Shown here: positions 42,098 through 55,389 of the stretch, one piece after another
Numbering within the stretch: position 1 is the first letter of the stretch
Layout of the letters: the number at the start of each line of letters is the position of its first letter
Program-made: the position numbers and the translations under genes
The notes under the pieces: generated by a model
Database searches by the model: none
What the model was told of the DNA's origin: nothing
The model's input: only the letters and a program-made list of their open reading frames with translations
Origin: Paramecium tetraurelia
Lineage: Eukaryota
NCBI GenBank assembly: GCA_000165425.1
Contig: CT868429.1
Location: 261,337-325,336 of the forward strand
Direction of reading: 5' to 3'
Length of the DNA stretch: 64,000 nt

Positions 42098-42589
42098 TAA
42101 TATAATTATAGTTATAATAATAATAAGTCAATTATTTAAATAATGAGTTCTTTCGTAATTATTATTATAAATTCAATTATAAAATATTTAAATAATTCTT
42201 ATGTATGTTTTGAATTACAGAATTCCTCATTCTAAATTAGATAAACGTTAAGCTAAAAACAACACAAATCTGCTATTAATTAAGAAACATAAATGGTTTA
42301 CAATAATCTGGATTTTTTAGCTGTTTAATTGGAGTAGGATTGACTAAAAATGATCATTCCTATTTAAGATTATTTCATGGAATTTAGAAATTTTCAGTTT
42401 AATCAAGCTAATCCACATCAGCTAATCATTCAAAATATCTTCAATATCAAAGCCAAATTTAACACAATAATTCCCTTTCTAAATTATTTTATGTTTAAAA
42501 AGAAATTGAAGATTATAAATATCAGCAAATTACTTAACATCAATAATGACACCCTTCAACTTAATAAAATAACTAATTTATCCCAGATC

Positions 42590-43450
42590 TAAAATATGTT
42601 TTAATTTTATTCATGTTATTGATGTCGGTTGATTTAATAAAATTGGAAAGTAGAATAAAAAATTGATTCAACTAACGCACTTAAAGAGATGTCAAAATCA
42701 TTTAAACATTTCATTTATTATTGTAATGAATATTATGAAAATTGAAAAGTATATAAATTTGTTATACTACAATTATTGCAAGAAAAAGTATAATATAGTG
42801 ATGATTGAAAAGAACATTTGGAGTAACCAAAACATTTTTAATAATAAGTCATTAATGATACCTATATTGATTAATATCTATTATTCATTTTAAGATAATG
42901 ACATTTCTTTTTGGTTTCAGATAAAGGACCTAAGATATCACATAGGAAGAATGCATAGATTTAGTTAGGATCAAACTAGTATTTCATTTGATATATGAAG
43001 AGGTTTGTATAGCCTACATATTTTATATTAGACACATGCATTCCTAAAATCTTCATTAGAAAAATATGCTTGAAAATTCGGGAGTCAATAAAAGTAGAAA
43101 AATACTTAAAAATGTAGTTTACGTTAGAATTACTGATTTGGGTGTGTCTAGATACATAGCCATGATAATGCTCAAGATAAAGAACGGTATATCGTATGTA
43201 TATACATCATAGGTGAAGTGTAGATAGAATCATACATTTTTGCGTTGATTACTTTGTAAACCTTTATTACTTATGTATAAAATAATAAATTGAATTTGTA
43301 GCGATCTTAAGATAAATCTGATTCTAGATACATATCTATTTAAATTAAGAAAATAAGGAGTTAATCGAATAGAACCCTCTGTTTTTTAGAAGAAACTCAA
43401 TGGAGAGTATTAATTTACTAATATGATGCATAATTTAATGGATGTGATCT
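42590..43450 (+). pseudogene. Decayed AGC-family Ser/Thr kinase
   Basis: Ordered motif remnants in changing frames: HVIDVG*FNK (TGA at 42630-42632 in the Gly-loop), WKVE, ALKEMSK, DLRYHIGRMHRF, YVRITDLGVSR, CRQNHTF, VDYF. The HRD motif is destroyed. Confidence 0.8.
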
Positions 43451-43546
43451 TAATAACTTTACTTATACAAGCGAGCCAATCAAATAACAACTTAATTATA
43501 TTAATTATTGAATAATCTAATTTATTTTATTTAATTTTTTATTCTA

Positions 43547-44178
43547 ATGGATGAAGAAGTTTTAGATAATTTAGAAGCAGTAGAAGATGATAATGAAACT
43601 TCTAATTTTCCTTTATTTTAATAAAAACAAATTGCTGAATTCATCAAAAAGATACTTGGTGATAATATAACAGCATAAAAAGCATTTCGAGATAAGTTTA
43701 ATAGATGTCTAAGTCTTTTCGTATTTTATTTGAGTCATATGTATGAAAATTAATAATTCCAGGGTAACAGTCATTAAAGAGGACACTAGAAAGAAAAAAA
43801 ATGAAAAAAAGAGAATGCAAATAACAAAAGATGATATTATAATGACTTTAAAAGCAATTGATTTTTAGGAAATAGCTGAATCAATACAAAGTATGAAATA
43901 GCTGATCGTAATTAGATCTTCATATATTGCAATCTTCTTTAGAAAATGGCATTTAATAAGAGAATTAACTGGATTAAGGAGAGGAACATGAGGAAATGCG
44001 GGAAATATAAAATTTTGAAAATATAGAAGATGAATAAAAAGAGGAAGAGATTGATGATAATAATGAATAGATATAGGATAATCAGGATTAAGGCAATGAA
44101 GAAATTGAGGATGAAAATAATTAAGATATTGAGAATGAAAATGGATAGGATGTTGAGAATGAAAATGATTAGTAATGA
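43547..44178 (+). CDS. Histone-fold protein (CBF/NF-Y-like; POLE3/Dpb4-type) with acidic tail
   Basis: IAEFIKKILGDNITAQKAFRDKFNRCLSLFVFYLSHM...KRMQITKDDIIMTLKAIDF; D/E-rich C-terminus. Confidence 0.65.
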
Positions 44179-44238
44179 GAGTTTGAATTCTTGATGATAA
44201 ATACTTTTTTGTGTTTTATTAATAATATATATTTTAAA

Positions 44239-44796
44239 ATGAAAAAGAAAAATTTATTTCTTGCCAAGAAAGCAGAAGATAGTACTTTGAATTAGTATTG
44301 GTTTTCAGAATAAACAATTGAATTCTTGGTTGATCATATTGAGTCAATTTATTAGAATGGATAAAAGATTGCATTCCTATCAACTCCATCGATTTATTGC
44401 AGTTTAAAGAATTAGGAAGTTAAATAGAATTCAGCACTTTTTGAATTTGATCTTAAATTGAATAAAGAGAAGGGGTTTGTGTTTTATGATTTCAACAAGC
44501 CTATAGAAGGATTGGAATAATTCAAAAACACTTTTGATATAATTTTGATTGATCCTCCATTTATAACAGAGGAAGTGTGGGGTAAATATGCTCAGACAAT
44601 AAATTATATAAAGAAGGAGGATGCTAAGATTTTATGTTGTTCAATAAAGGAAAATGCTAAAATGCTATATGAGTTGATAAAGGTTGTGCCTTAGCAATAC
44701 AAACCATCGATTCCTCATTTAATATATCAATATGACTTTTATTGCAACTATGAACACGAGATCTTAAAAAAGGTAAACGATGAAATAGGATTTTGA
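44239..44796 (+). CDS. EEF1AKMT1: eEF1A lysine methyltransferase (Efm5/N6AMT2 family)
   Basis: LNQYWFS...IAFLSTPSIY...LFEFD...FVFYDFNKP...ILIDPPF...FYCNYE. 558 nt, intronless. Confidence 0.85.
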
Positions 44797-44868
44797 ATAA
44801 TATATTCGAATTAAATTATGAGATAATATAATACTAATATACCTATATTACTATTGATATATATATCA

Positions 44869-46089
44869 TCAAGCTTTTTGTTTTTACTCTAAATGTCTTT
44901 TTTTTTGGGAATCCTTGTCCATAGGTAACTAAAATGGTAGAATAGCATAATATACCTTTAATAATTCTTTAAGTGCTGCATCATTAAGATCATGAACAGG
45001 TTTGAATTTGGTTTCATCTAATTTGAGTCCAGAAACTTAAAGAGTGCTGTTTGCTAAGACAGCAACAGTTATTGTGAATTATGCAACAATGCTATTTGGA
45101 CTGACTAAAACTGGATATGGGTTTAATAATTCATGTTTGGCACATTCTTAGACAGCCAACTTAGCTGTGATTTCATCTTCAAAGACTCTCAATGAGAAGC
45201 ATAAAGATGGGTATTTGTCATAAACTTCTTACATGAATGCTCTTCCATGTTTAGTCTTTAATTGATATTGTCTATCCAAAGCTCTTTTGTAAACTGTGGT
45301 TCTTACGTCAGACTAAATGAATGAAATGATTAAATACTTCTTTGGTCTTTCCATCTCCTGTTGTGATATATACATCTAACACAAAAACATCGTTGACTTG
45401 GATTTCTTCCTCATCGACTCTTTATTCTTGTGTTTCTCTATTGATTATGACTTTGTTTCCATCAATGAAGTGTCTCTTAACATCATGACTCAAAACACCT
45501 TCTAATGGTGTGCATTTGTGATCGTCTGCTATTTATTAGATAATTCTAGTCAAAGCAGTATTAGTGACTCCTGGTTTTATTGATCTGAATAAAGCTTAGA
45601 CTGATTAATAGGCTGCCAATATGACATCTGCCTTTTAGCCTTCCACTTGATCTTCACCTACGACAACTGTGTGTGCTGCAATGGCAATATATCCATCAAT
45701 ATGAACTCCCAATTCACTATGACATTATTATTAACATTTACATTTTGGCTACATCACCCTTGGCAAGTTAACTGGATTCACTCTTTAATGGAGAATAATG
45801 ACCGCAAATTTAATTTACAGAAATTGTTGTTGGGAATGCTAAGCCTTTTTCAATTCCTTTCTTGTTATACACTTTTTGCAATTCTCCATTGATTTCTTAG
45901 TCACCGAAGGCACAAATTGAAGCGATATCAGCTTCTGGCTTTAATTTAGTGATCACTTTTTCGAGTACAACTATTTAATAATCAATTTAAAAACTTACCA
46001 TTTGCAATCTTACCGGCGTTTTAATATTTATCCAAGACTCCTGGAGTAGCTATCGATTCAAGCTTGTCTTACTCTGTTTATTAATCCAT
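44869..46089 (-). CDS. PA2G4: Proliferation-associated 2G4/Ebp1 (M24 peptidase fold)
   Basis: VLDKYQNAGKIAN...KGLAFPTTISVN...ELGVHIDGYIA...PLEGVLSH...RTTVYKR...VAQFTITVAV. Confidence 0.9.
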
Positions 46090-46163
46090 AATTAATTTAA
46101 ATATTTATTTAAATCTTTATATATATTATAATCATATAAATATACTTATTTTAGCTAATTTAT

Positions 46164-48041
46164 TCATCCACACACTCCTAATGATTCCCACATATTCTCT
46201 GAGTCCTCATACTCATCTACTTTGAATTTCGGTTGCTGCATCCCAAAATCTACATCTGGAGTAAATACCTTGTCAACAGTAAGTTTGAAAGCATCGTCTA
46301 ACATTCTTGGGATCAGTATTTTCAATAGATTCGAGCTTTCCTCAATACAAGGATTAGCATTAACTTCAATGAGCCACAACTTAAGATTTTCATCAATCAT
46401 AAAGTCGTAACCCAATATTTGCATCCCATACTTTCTATTCCTCTTATTCATTCTAGTTGAACTCAAAGTGAGTTTCACAACCTCCTTTATTTTTGGCCAC
46501 CCCTCCTTTCTAAAATCGTATTTGGTTTCTTATTAACTATTGATTATGAATGAGACCTTACTCCAATTGCTTCTGAAATCGTTTTAAGGATAATTAATTC
46601 CCATCTTCAAATTATCCATAATTCTAAGCATTTTTTTGAACTGCATTATTCGTCAAATGAATGTATCTATCTTTCTAATATGGTTTAATCAATATATACA
46701 TTCTCTAAAGAAAAGGTTGTTCCACTTGTCCTTATATACGCTTCCCTAAATAAGTAGTAGTGCATTTCATGAGTGATCAATACCCAACATCTTATATCGA
46801 ATTTCCTTCCTCCCAATAGCAAAGGCCTTTCTATGTACTTCTAAATCACAAATTCCTTGCATTCATAATTACCCTTGCCATAATAGTATGATTTTATGAG
46901 CGTTTCAACTTCCTCCAATGTGTTGAACACATGGACTCCTTCTCCTCTATTCCAATCTGCTGGCTTTAGTAGCCATAAATATTGAGTCTTGTTTGTTAAA
47001 GTTTCTTGCATTTTATATGTTTTAATTCCATTATAATTTACTTTGTTTGCAGGAAGATTGGATACATAAAAGTCAAAGTCTAAATTAGTTTTCATGGAGG
47101 TTTAAGTTAGTGGATTATTATTACAATAAAATTCAGTAAATTATTATACGTCCTTCACCCAATCTGAGTTCTTAAAATTTATGATGAACACCAAGGGAAT
47201 GACGTCAAATGTTTTCTCTATATTATTGTAGTATTGTAGTAAAGATATTGACAACCCTATCTTATTTGATATATTTAGTACCAGATTTAGATGTGATATT
47301 TTTATGGAATTCAAAAAAGTTGTACATCACTCTTGTGAATAGACTGTCTGAAGCTGAGAGTCTATTGAAATCCATACCAAAGTAGGATTGCTGCCATATA
47401 AAGTGCTTATATTGAAATTATTAGGGTACAGAACTCCAATATTATTCTCTTTTTTATAAAATACGTTTTACCAATTCTCCATTATTTCCAGGTCCTATAT
47501 AATAATTAAACTATGTAAGATTTTATTTCTTTACTTTAAGTTTTGGCAACTCTTTTTCTCTGTTTATTTTTTAGGGAGGATTTTAGGTTTAAATGATGTT
47601 TACTTTTTACCGATTTGCGAAAGGTGTGTAATTGTTAGAATGATACTATCTTTTGTTTGCTTTTTCTAAGCTTTCCGATAGTTTTTATGCGTTCAATGGG
47701 TCTTGTTTAAATTATCTAACTATTTAACGATTTGAGATAGAGGGTAAAACAGGGATTTACACTTGCTCCTCCGTTACGTCAGCTAAGGGAGACTCTTTTC
47801 CAGCCAGTAATTTGTCTCGCTATTGCTAACGTGCTAAGTAGTATTTGACCCCATCAGCATAAATATTTAAACTTTTTGCTAGATCAGGTTTTTATTTGAT
47901 TATTTTCTACAGTGTTTTTTTTTATCTGTCATCTGCTTTACATAATAACTCTAAATTGTGAAAATTTCCTAATGATTTGCTTTATATTTGCTCCTCCTTT
48001 TCTTTTTTCTTTATTCTCTTTTCTTTTGATGCCGATGCCAT
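46164..48041 (-). CDS. Tubulin-tyrosine-ligase-like protein (TTLL)
   Basis: [66 protein letters not shown]. Confidence 0.93.
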
Positions 48042-48217
48042 ATTCGATTTATATATTAATCAATAATATTATAAAAAATTTCGTTGTTTATTAACATACT
48101 CTCTATGCAAGTTTAAACTTAATTATGAAAATTTTAGATTGTTAGAATAATTCTGGTTTATATTTATAATTTTATTTGCAATATCAGATTAATAAATAAA
48201 ATATATTAAATATATAA

Positions 48218-48843
48218 ATGTACGATTTTACAAGAATGCAAAAATTAGTTGATAGAATGTAAAAACTATAACCTCCCAATCCTCCCCCCGATAATAGGTT
48301 TTTGCCTGAAGAATTAAAGAAAGATAAAATTGTAGAAGATCCCCAGAAGGATGTAAAGAAGGCAAAAAGATAACTCCTAATTAAGAATTAAAAGGCTTAA
48401 AATGGGTTGAAGCCCATCGAAGATGAAAGACTTTTTTTGATTTAAAAAGAGAATTACTTAAAGAAAAAGTAAAGAGAATTGGAGATGGAGCAAGTCAAAA
48501 AAGAATTAGCAGAATAAAAAAAGTAGGAAAAATTAAAATTGGAATAAGCAACCTAAAGGGCACTCGTCGTTGTCAAAGAAAAAAAAGAGTAAAAAAGCAA
48601 ATTTATTGTATTAGGATGACATAAGTTGAGAAGGAAGAAAAAATAAAAAAGCGAAATGATAATGAATTTTATAAGAGAAAACAAAAAGCTAATAATTCAA
48701 TATAAATGTCCTCAATCGACGCATCCTATGTGTCACAAAATTTAAATTCCTCTTTAATTAAGAAATAAATTTTGGATTACCATACTCTACCAAAAGAACA
48801 ATATAATCGCATTTATCGTCAACCAGTAAGCCCACCAAAATGA
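48218..48843 (+). CDS. Hypothetical coiled-coil protein
   Basis: MYDFTRMQKLVDRMQKLQPPNPPP...RQPVSPPK-TGA; one probable short intron. Confidence 0.6.
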
Positions 48844-49556
48844 ATTAAGCAATATATTATTCATTAAAATATATATTAAACAAATTATAGTTCTCAAAAT
48901 CTTCAATAAATAGTTCATCTCAGAAATTATTGTCTTTAAAGATTGCCACTATTGCGATAAAATCTTTATAAGCACTCTCATGAAATTCACTATAAAAGTC
49001 TAATCAGTGCCGTTATTATTCTGTCTGATCTGTAAAAAGATTTAACTAGCCTTGATATTATTAACATCAATAATTTTATTAAGATTAATTTAAAAAAATT
49101 TCATCATTTTTATATCTTATAACTCAGGTTAAAACATTATCATTAAAATTGGTTAAGTCATTTTTAAATGAAATTTTAATTTTATTGATTTACAATTTCT
49201 TTGATATAATTATCTCAAAAATTTACATAAACCATTTGAAGAAATGCATATATCCACTACAAAAATAAGTAAACTTTCTAGATTAGTATTAATTTATGAA
49301 TATATTTAAGTACCTTTAGATATATATTGATTCATATAATTTTAAGAAATTGAAAATAGTGAAAATTAATTATTCCTTGAATATATATTGATAATGTTCT
49401 ACCAATTAACAATAATTTTATGGTTGAATATAAACTATTTTTTTAATTAATATTTTATTGCAAAGAAGCACAACAGAGTTTTAAATGATTTTATGGATAG
49501 AAATTAGATTTTAATCTTAATTTAAATTTAATAGTATGGTATGATATAAATATTAT

Positions 49557-51316
49557 TCATTTACTAATTAATGCTTATAGTAAGTTTGTATGTATTTCAG
49601 AAAGAGTGTTTTACATATCATCTTAAAAATAGGGCCTTTTTTGGAAAAATTATTGAAATTTCTATTCTTCATATACTCCAATGATGTATCTGTCATCTTC
49701 AAGATTTTCAACTTTTTATAATTTCGCTTAGAATTTTCCACTCACTTCTTTTACATTTAATTAGATTAGTCTATAATCTGGATTTGGATTTACAATTGGA
49801 AGGTCAAAATATTTCATAAAATGAATTTAAACTAATGATACCATGCATTTAATAAGAAATTAAGATCCTGAAATATCAAATAAAGCTGGTAAAATATGTA
49901 CTATAATAACAAGATCGCCTATGATCATTTATTATTGAATTTTAGTCATTGCTAATTGATTTTCCTTCCAAAATTATACTCGTTTGGATATAAATAGGCC
50001 TCTGTCTATATTGGGTTCTTCGAAGAACTACAAATAGGATAAATATTTAATTTCTGGGATCAGAAAATCACTTGTACAATATGTTAGTAAACTTGTCATT
50101 AAATATTTAGTTGAAATAGTAAGTTACATAAATGATTAATCAATTTCTGTTTCTGTCAGTAATTTTTCTGGATTCTAAGGATATGATATAATAATTACAA
50201 TAAAATCGATTTCCTTGATTTTGCTCAAATAATTATCCACTTTAGCCAATACCATTTTACACCAATCTCTAATTCGTTTCATTAATACTGGATATGATGT
50301 TTTTGAGATAAGAGATTTGCATTCAACTGATCGTTTCATTAGCTTTCTCCATAAGATTTTATTGGGTCTACAGTAGATTTTCCATCTCATTGCAAATCTT
50401 ACAGCATTGAATATATTTTTCAATTTAGATTTTTCAACTTTCTTTTATTCTTGGCATTCTGGTTCCTATAAAACTATAATGTAAGAATACTTTCATGAAA
50501 ATCTTTTATTTGGGTTTTTAGTTTACTCTTTTAGAAACGTAAGGGATGGATTGACTACTACTTCTTTCTGAATCAGTAATTTAAGAGACAGAATTTTAGG
50601 TTTTGTTTTAATTTTTTTTCTTATTTTTGCCTTTTAGGTTTGTGTATTTGTCTTTGGTGTAGGATTTAACCCTATGTGAATGGGGGTTATAGGGATTTTA
50701 ATAGGGATTCATTAAATGTTGTAAGGGATGATAGCCTCTTTAAGGAAGGGATGCTTATAAAAATTATTGTTACGAAATAGGTTAGGGCAACTGTTGATAG
50801 ATGATCTAAGGGGGTTAGACAAATGGTTTTCGTGGGGAGTTCTGGAAAAAGGAATACCGTAGTGAATTGATTTCATGTTTGATTTCATACAATTAGTCAT
50901 ATTGGGGAAGCTTTGGCAATTTAAGATGAAGGTTTTGCACTTGAGTTTTGAGATAATCAAGTTTTTACTTTAGAGCTTGATTTTTATTGATCTTGATTAT
51001 CCATTTATAATGTTACTTCTTGTTGTTCTTTCAAGAGTAGTTTAAGAGTTTGGCTTTATTGATCTAATGCTTATTACATTTGAGCCACTTCTTCATTTAG
51101 TTTATCTTCAGGAAACACAACTACTTTAGGAATCTGAAAAGATTTATCGATTTTATTTTTTTGTCTTATTCCACTTTTTTGACTAGGTTGTTGATTAATG
51201 GGATTTTCAAATGAAGGATTAATGAATTTATCAATTAAGTCGAGTTGAATTTTGGTATCCTCATAATCTTGATATGATTTGTTATTGGATAAAGCTCTCC
51301 TTTCCTTAAAGAACAT
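49557..51316 (-). CDS. Hypothetical protein
   Basis: MFFKERRALSNN...; frame maintained through short introns (e.g. gtaacattataaatggataatcaag); includes FNAVRFAMRWKIYC. No recognised domain. Confidence 0.6.
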
Positions 51317-51441
51317 AATTAAATTAATTTTTATAGAGTGATAAAATTTGTTATTAAACCTGATCATAGTTACTTTCTACGAACTATTAAATTAACACTA
51401 CATTAATTATATTTGATTACAATTATTATATATTTTATTCA

Positions 51442-52522
51442 ATGTCTGACGATCAACTAAGAGCTTTGATCTAAAAGAATAACCTCAAAATTGAATAACA
51501 CCAAAATAGAATGATGATTAAATTCCCTCAGACTCCTCAAGTTCGAGATTCTCAATAATTAGTAAATTAATATTCCATCTTAGTCCTAAATGTTTATGAA
51601 GTCAAACAATAAAAGCAGCAGTATAGATAGGAGTTATTTCAGTTGTGTTCCAACTAGAAAGTCAACCAAGCAAAGCTTTTTTGTTCCAAAATCTGTCGCC
51701 ACATCATAGTATTTGGATTCATAGGCTTTTCAAGTATACTAACCAGAGGATATTCAAAATACTCATATCTAAGAATATGTGCAATAAATCTAGCACTCTT
51801 AAATGAATATTAGTGATAACATGGATAGCTCACCTATGAATTCATCAATTCTTAATTAATTAAAAAGAGAAAAGGAGATCATCCAACAACAACATCAACT
51901 ATTAATATCATAAATGTCAAGAGAAATTGAAAATAATAAAAGACAATACCAGAAATCTGAATAGTCATTATAACAGTAAATAATTCAATTATAAAATGAA
52001 CTAAATACTTACAAGTAATATCAAACCAGAAGCCTAGATTTAGAAGCAAGTCTATAATAAATTATCATTGAAAATAATGAGTTTAAATCTAAATTACAAG
52101 AACAAAATAAATGGCTCTTTGAATTACAAGAGTAATTCGACTTAGTTCATACCAAAATGATTGAAATCAAACAGAAAATTCAAGACACCAAACATTTTTC
52201 AGCACAATTATCCTAAATTGCCTAATATTTATTGAATAAACAAACACCCCCTTTAGATTTCTTGGTTTTCATGAACAACCAGTCTAAATAATTATAACAT
52301 GAATAACAATAAGAAACTGAATTTAGAAATAGAAAATAGTAAATTAAACAACAGCATTTCCAATCCAATCCATTCCCTATTGCAAAGGAGTCTTTTGCCT
52401 AAATTTATTAATTTTAGATTGAAAACTCTATGGTCCTTAATTAAATAGTCAAAGATTTGAGAAATAACGTCGATCGATACTCATAATAATACATTGCCGA
52501 AGTTGGACTTCATTTAATATGA
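51442..52522 (+). CDS. Hypothetical Q-rich coiled-coil protein
   Basis: MSDDQLRALIQKN...; removing one 22-nt intron gives 353 codons ending in TGA. Confidence 0.65.
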
Positions 52523-52639
52523 ATTCTTTATATAACTCGTTTTAATATCGTAAATTAGAAATAGCTATAAATTTTTATTTAGCAAAAATTAGATTAAATT
52601 TAAAATTTTAATTATAAAAGCTTACAAAATTTTATTTCA

Positions 52640-54124
52640 TCATTCTACCAACACCAAACTTCTTTGATAATTTAAATGTTAAAAAGCATTTTGAGTATTG
52701 GGTCCATTTAGACGAGATAATGAATTTAAGGATATTATAGTCTGTTTATTGTTACCTAATTGTGATTTACTAGAGATTTATTCTATTAATGTCTAAGATT
52801 TAAGAGGAATCATTGAAGACAGAGTTTTCTCATCTAAAGGTGCTCTACATAAAGGACATATCTAAATATTGATCAAATGATACTTTGATTTTCTTCATCC
52901 ACAATTACAAGCATTATGAATGGTAAATATGTTTGCAATAAGCCATCTTAACATCATTCTCTAAAGTGAATATTTCTAAACATATTGAACAGTACGATTC
53001 CTATTCACTAATTTCCTCTTAAATTATTTCCTTAGCTTAGGAGTATTTAAGAGTTGGAAGATATAAATTTAGAATGCTTGTTTCAGCATCTTTCTCTACT
53101 TTTTTTTCATTTTAAATCAATTCTAGTTTTTTTTTGTAAAATTTCACACAACAGCAAGCAAAGAGGAGAAAGAATATCACACTAAGTGGAATAAATATCA
53201 TCATCATTATACTTTATAACCCATTATCCTAGTTATTGTTTATAAGAATGTTCACATCATATTAGCTATAGATTTTAAAAGTGAAGTAAGCATCTTATTT
53301 GATTTTAATTTCATCTTATAATGCTTTTGTTAGATTTCTACAATTGTAAATTTAATCATAGTTTAATTAAAGTAGATTCGTTATTAATAGGGAGCCTTCT
53401 TCTATATAGGGCTTTTCTGCATAATATTTTTACTTTAAAGGTATCTGATTTGATAAAATTCTTTAGAATGTTGTTCCTATTGAGGACAAGCTCAAATAAT
53501 ATAATTTATCTGGAGACAATTTCACTTAATCATTAATGTCTATGGCTGCTATACTACAATCATCGCCAAAAGTCCCTTCTAAGCATTCACATATTCCATA
53601 AAAACAACTTCCTCCATTTTTACAATCTCTAATTTAATTATTATAAATACTTTCCACAATTATATAATGATTATAAAATAGCAGACATTAAATATTTTTA
53701 TTGGGATTTTGAGTATGCTCCAACAAACATGTTCTAATTTTCAATTTAATAAATATTAAAATGTTTTTAAAATGCTTAGGATTTTACATTCTTTGTTAAA
53801 GAAATTGATTATATTTAGAACTTTTATTCATAAGCATTTATATCGCTCATACAATTATAACTAAAATAACAAATAATAATACTCTTAAATTGTCTCATAA
53901 TTAGTCAATGTATTATTTTTTGGCTAATCTTCACAAATTATTAAAATTGGAACTTCTCCATCTTTATAAGTAAGGGTAAGCGTAAGCTTTTATTTATCAG
54001 AAACATTCTGAGGGAAAATGTCTTTAATGTCAAAATTTTGTAATCCAGTCACTTCAAAGTATTATTAATCTTTTTTTTAACTTAAACATGCATCCAATAA
54101 GCAAATTAAAATCAAAATAGGCAT
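52640..54124 (-). CDS. Signal peptide-EGF-like-TM-RING-H2 membrane protein (E3 ligase-like)
   Basis: MPILILICLLDACLS; CGKDCKNGGSCFYGICECLEGTFGDDCS; TM helix IMMIFIPLSVIFFLLFACC; CSICLEIF...CKHIYHS..LQLWM...CPLCR. Confidence 0.8.
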
Positions 54125-54158
54125 TTATAAAAAATTCAATAATTTAAAATACTCAATA

Positions 54159-55330
54159 ATGATAAATTTCAGTAACTTTAAATTAATTCGAAATAAATCT
54201 GCTTAATCAGTTCTCGAATTAACTGAATTTTCATTTTCAGATATTGGAGAACAAAGAAATTATTTAAACTAAAAAATTAAATTCATTTCCTTAAATGTTT
54301 CTTATTAACTTGAACTGTTATTTAGCATATATGAAATAGGACGAAGAATAGTCGAGAATTTTAACTAAGTAACGACAATAGAATGATATTGCTTTCATAT
54401 AAGTATTGAAAGAATAATTGTTGAATTGCATTGTTTAACAGCTGTACCAAATTGATTTATTAGATTAAAGAACACCTCCTTTTTCAATAATAATTATAAT
54501 ATGATATTTTCAACGAATTTTCAATTAGAATGAATAATAGTAGCTCCAAATAATTTAATTATAGAACAAATAAATAGAATAAATAATTCAATATTCTATA
54601 AAGAAATGTTGATTTTTTTGGTTTTGTAACAAAACGTTTTCATTGGCTGGATAGGAGAAAGCTAGCAAATATTAGTGAGTATTTTTGATTTTAGAGTATT
54701 TGGTTTATTGAATTTGGCTAAGTTATTTAGGCATAACCTAAAAAAAATTAAAAAATGGATTAATAATAGGGTAACTAAATATGAATGAAAATTTAGGTTA
54801 AGAATAGATACTAAATAGTCCATAAAATTTAGAGTTGAATAATAATTAAGAGGGCAGCTAGAAAAATGAGTTTCTGGAGTAAATACTAAAAGCTAAAGTG
54901 AATGAAGATTTGATATAATGCCTGATTATTTAGTTGAATCAAGCAAAAATGCATTGTTCTGAGTTAATCAAAGAAAATGTAGTTTTAGATTATAATCTTA
55001 GAGCAAAAATGAAGAAACACACTTAAAGAATATAATGCAAATAATTGAAAATTCATTAGAAAGAATCAAAACTTCTAAAAATAATTTAGAAAATGATATT
55101 AGCAGTAATTCGGTTTCTTAAGAATCCTATTTTAATCAAGGGACCTCAATATCTAATTAAGACAATTTTTTAACAAATATTAATTATGTTAGTGATTTGA
55201 ACAAATAAATAGCGTTCGTTAGTTAGGCAATCCTGCAGTCTCCTTGTATTATATTCTTAATAGATATTAGAGGAAGAAGAGCAATATGAATTGTAGAGAG
55301 GATCCGAATAATTTAGACACTCTGAATAAT
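54159..55330 (+). other. Coding-like sequence; gene or pseudogene with unresolved exon structure
   Basis: Gln-codon-rich open stretches and candidate GT..AG mini-introns, but I could not join them into one stop-free frame. Confidence 0.3.
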
Positions 55331-55389
55331 ATTCAGATTATTATTAAATGCATAATCATTAATAATAATAAAAATAAATACAATAAATC

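Noticed and set aside
44239..44796. DPPF-motif 'N6-adenine methylase' as a DNA 6mA methyltransferase
   Set aside because: The overall motifs match the Efm5/N6AMT2 family, known to be eEF1A protein-lysine methyltransferases; there are no MT-A70 features.
48860..49550. Possible EF-hand/CDPK remnant on the minus strand (QNNNGT..YSEF-like)
   Set aside because: Too degenerate to distinguish from AT-rich intergenic sequence without a search.
54700..54780. Homeodomain helix-3-like peptide LAKLFRHNLKKIKKWINNR
   Set aside because: Short match in AT-rich sequence, lacks WF, and cannot be placed in a continuous frame.
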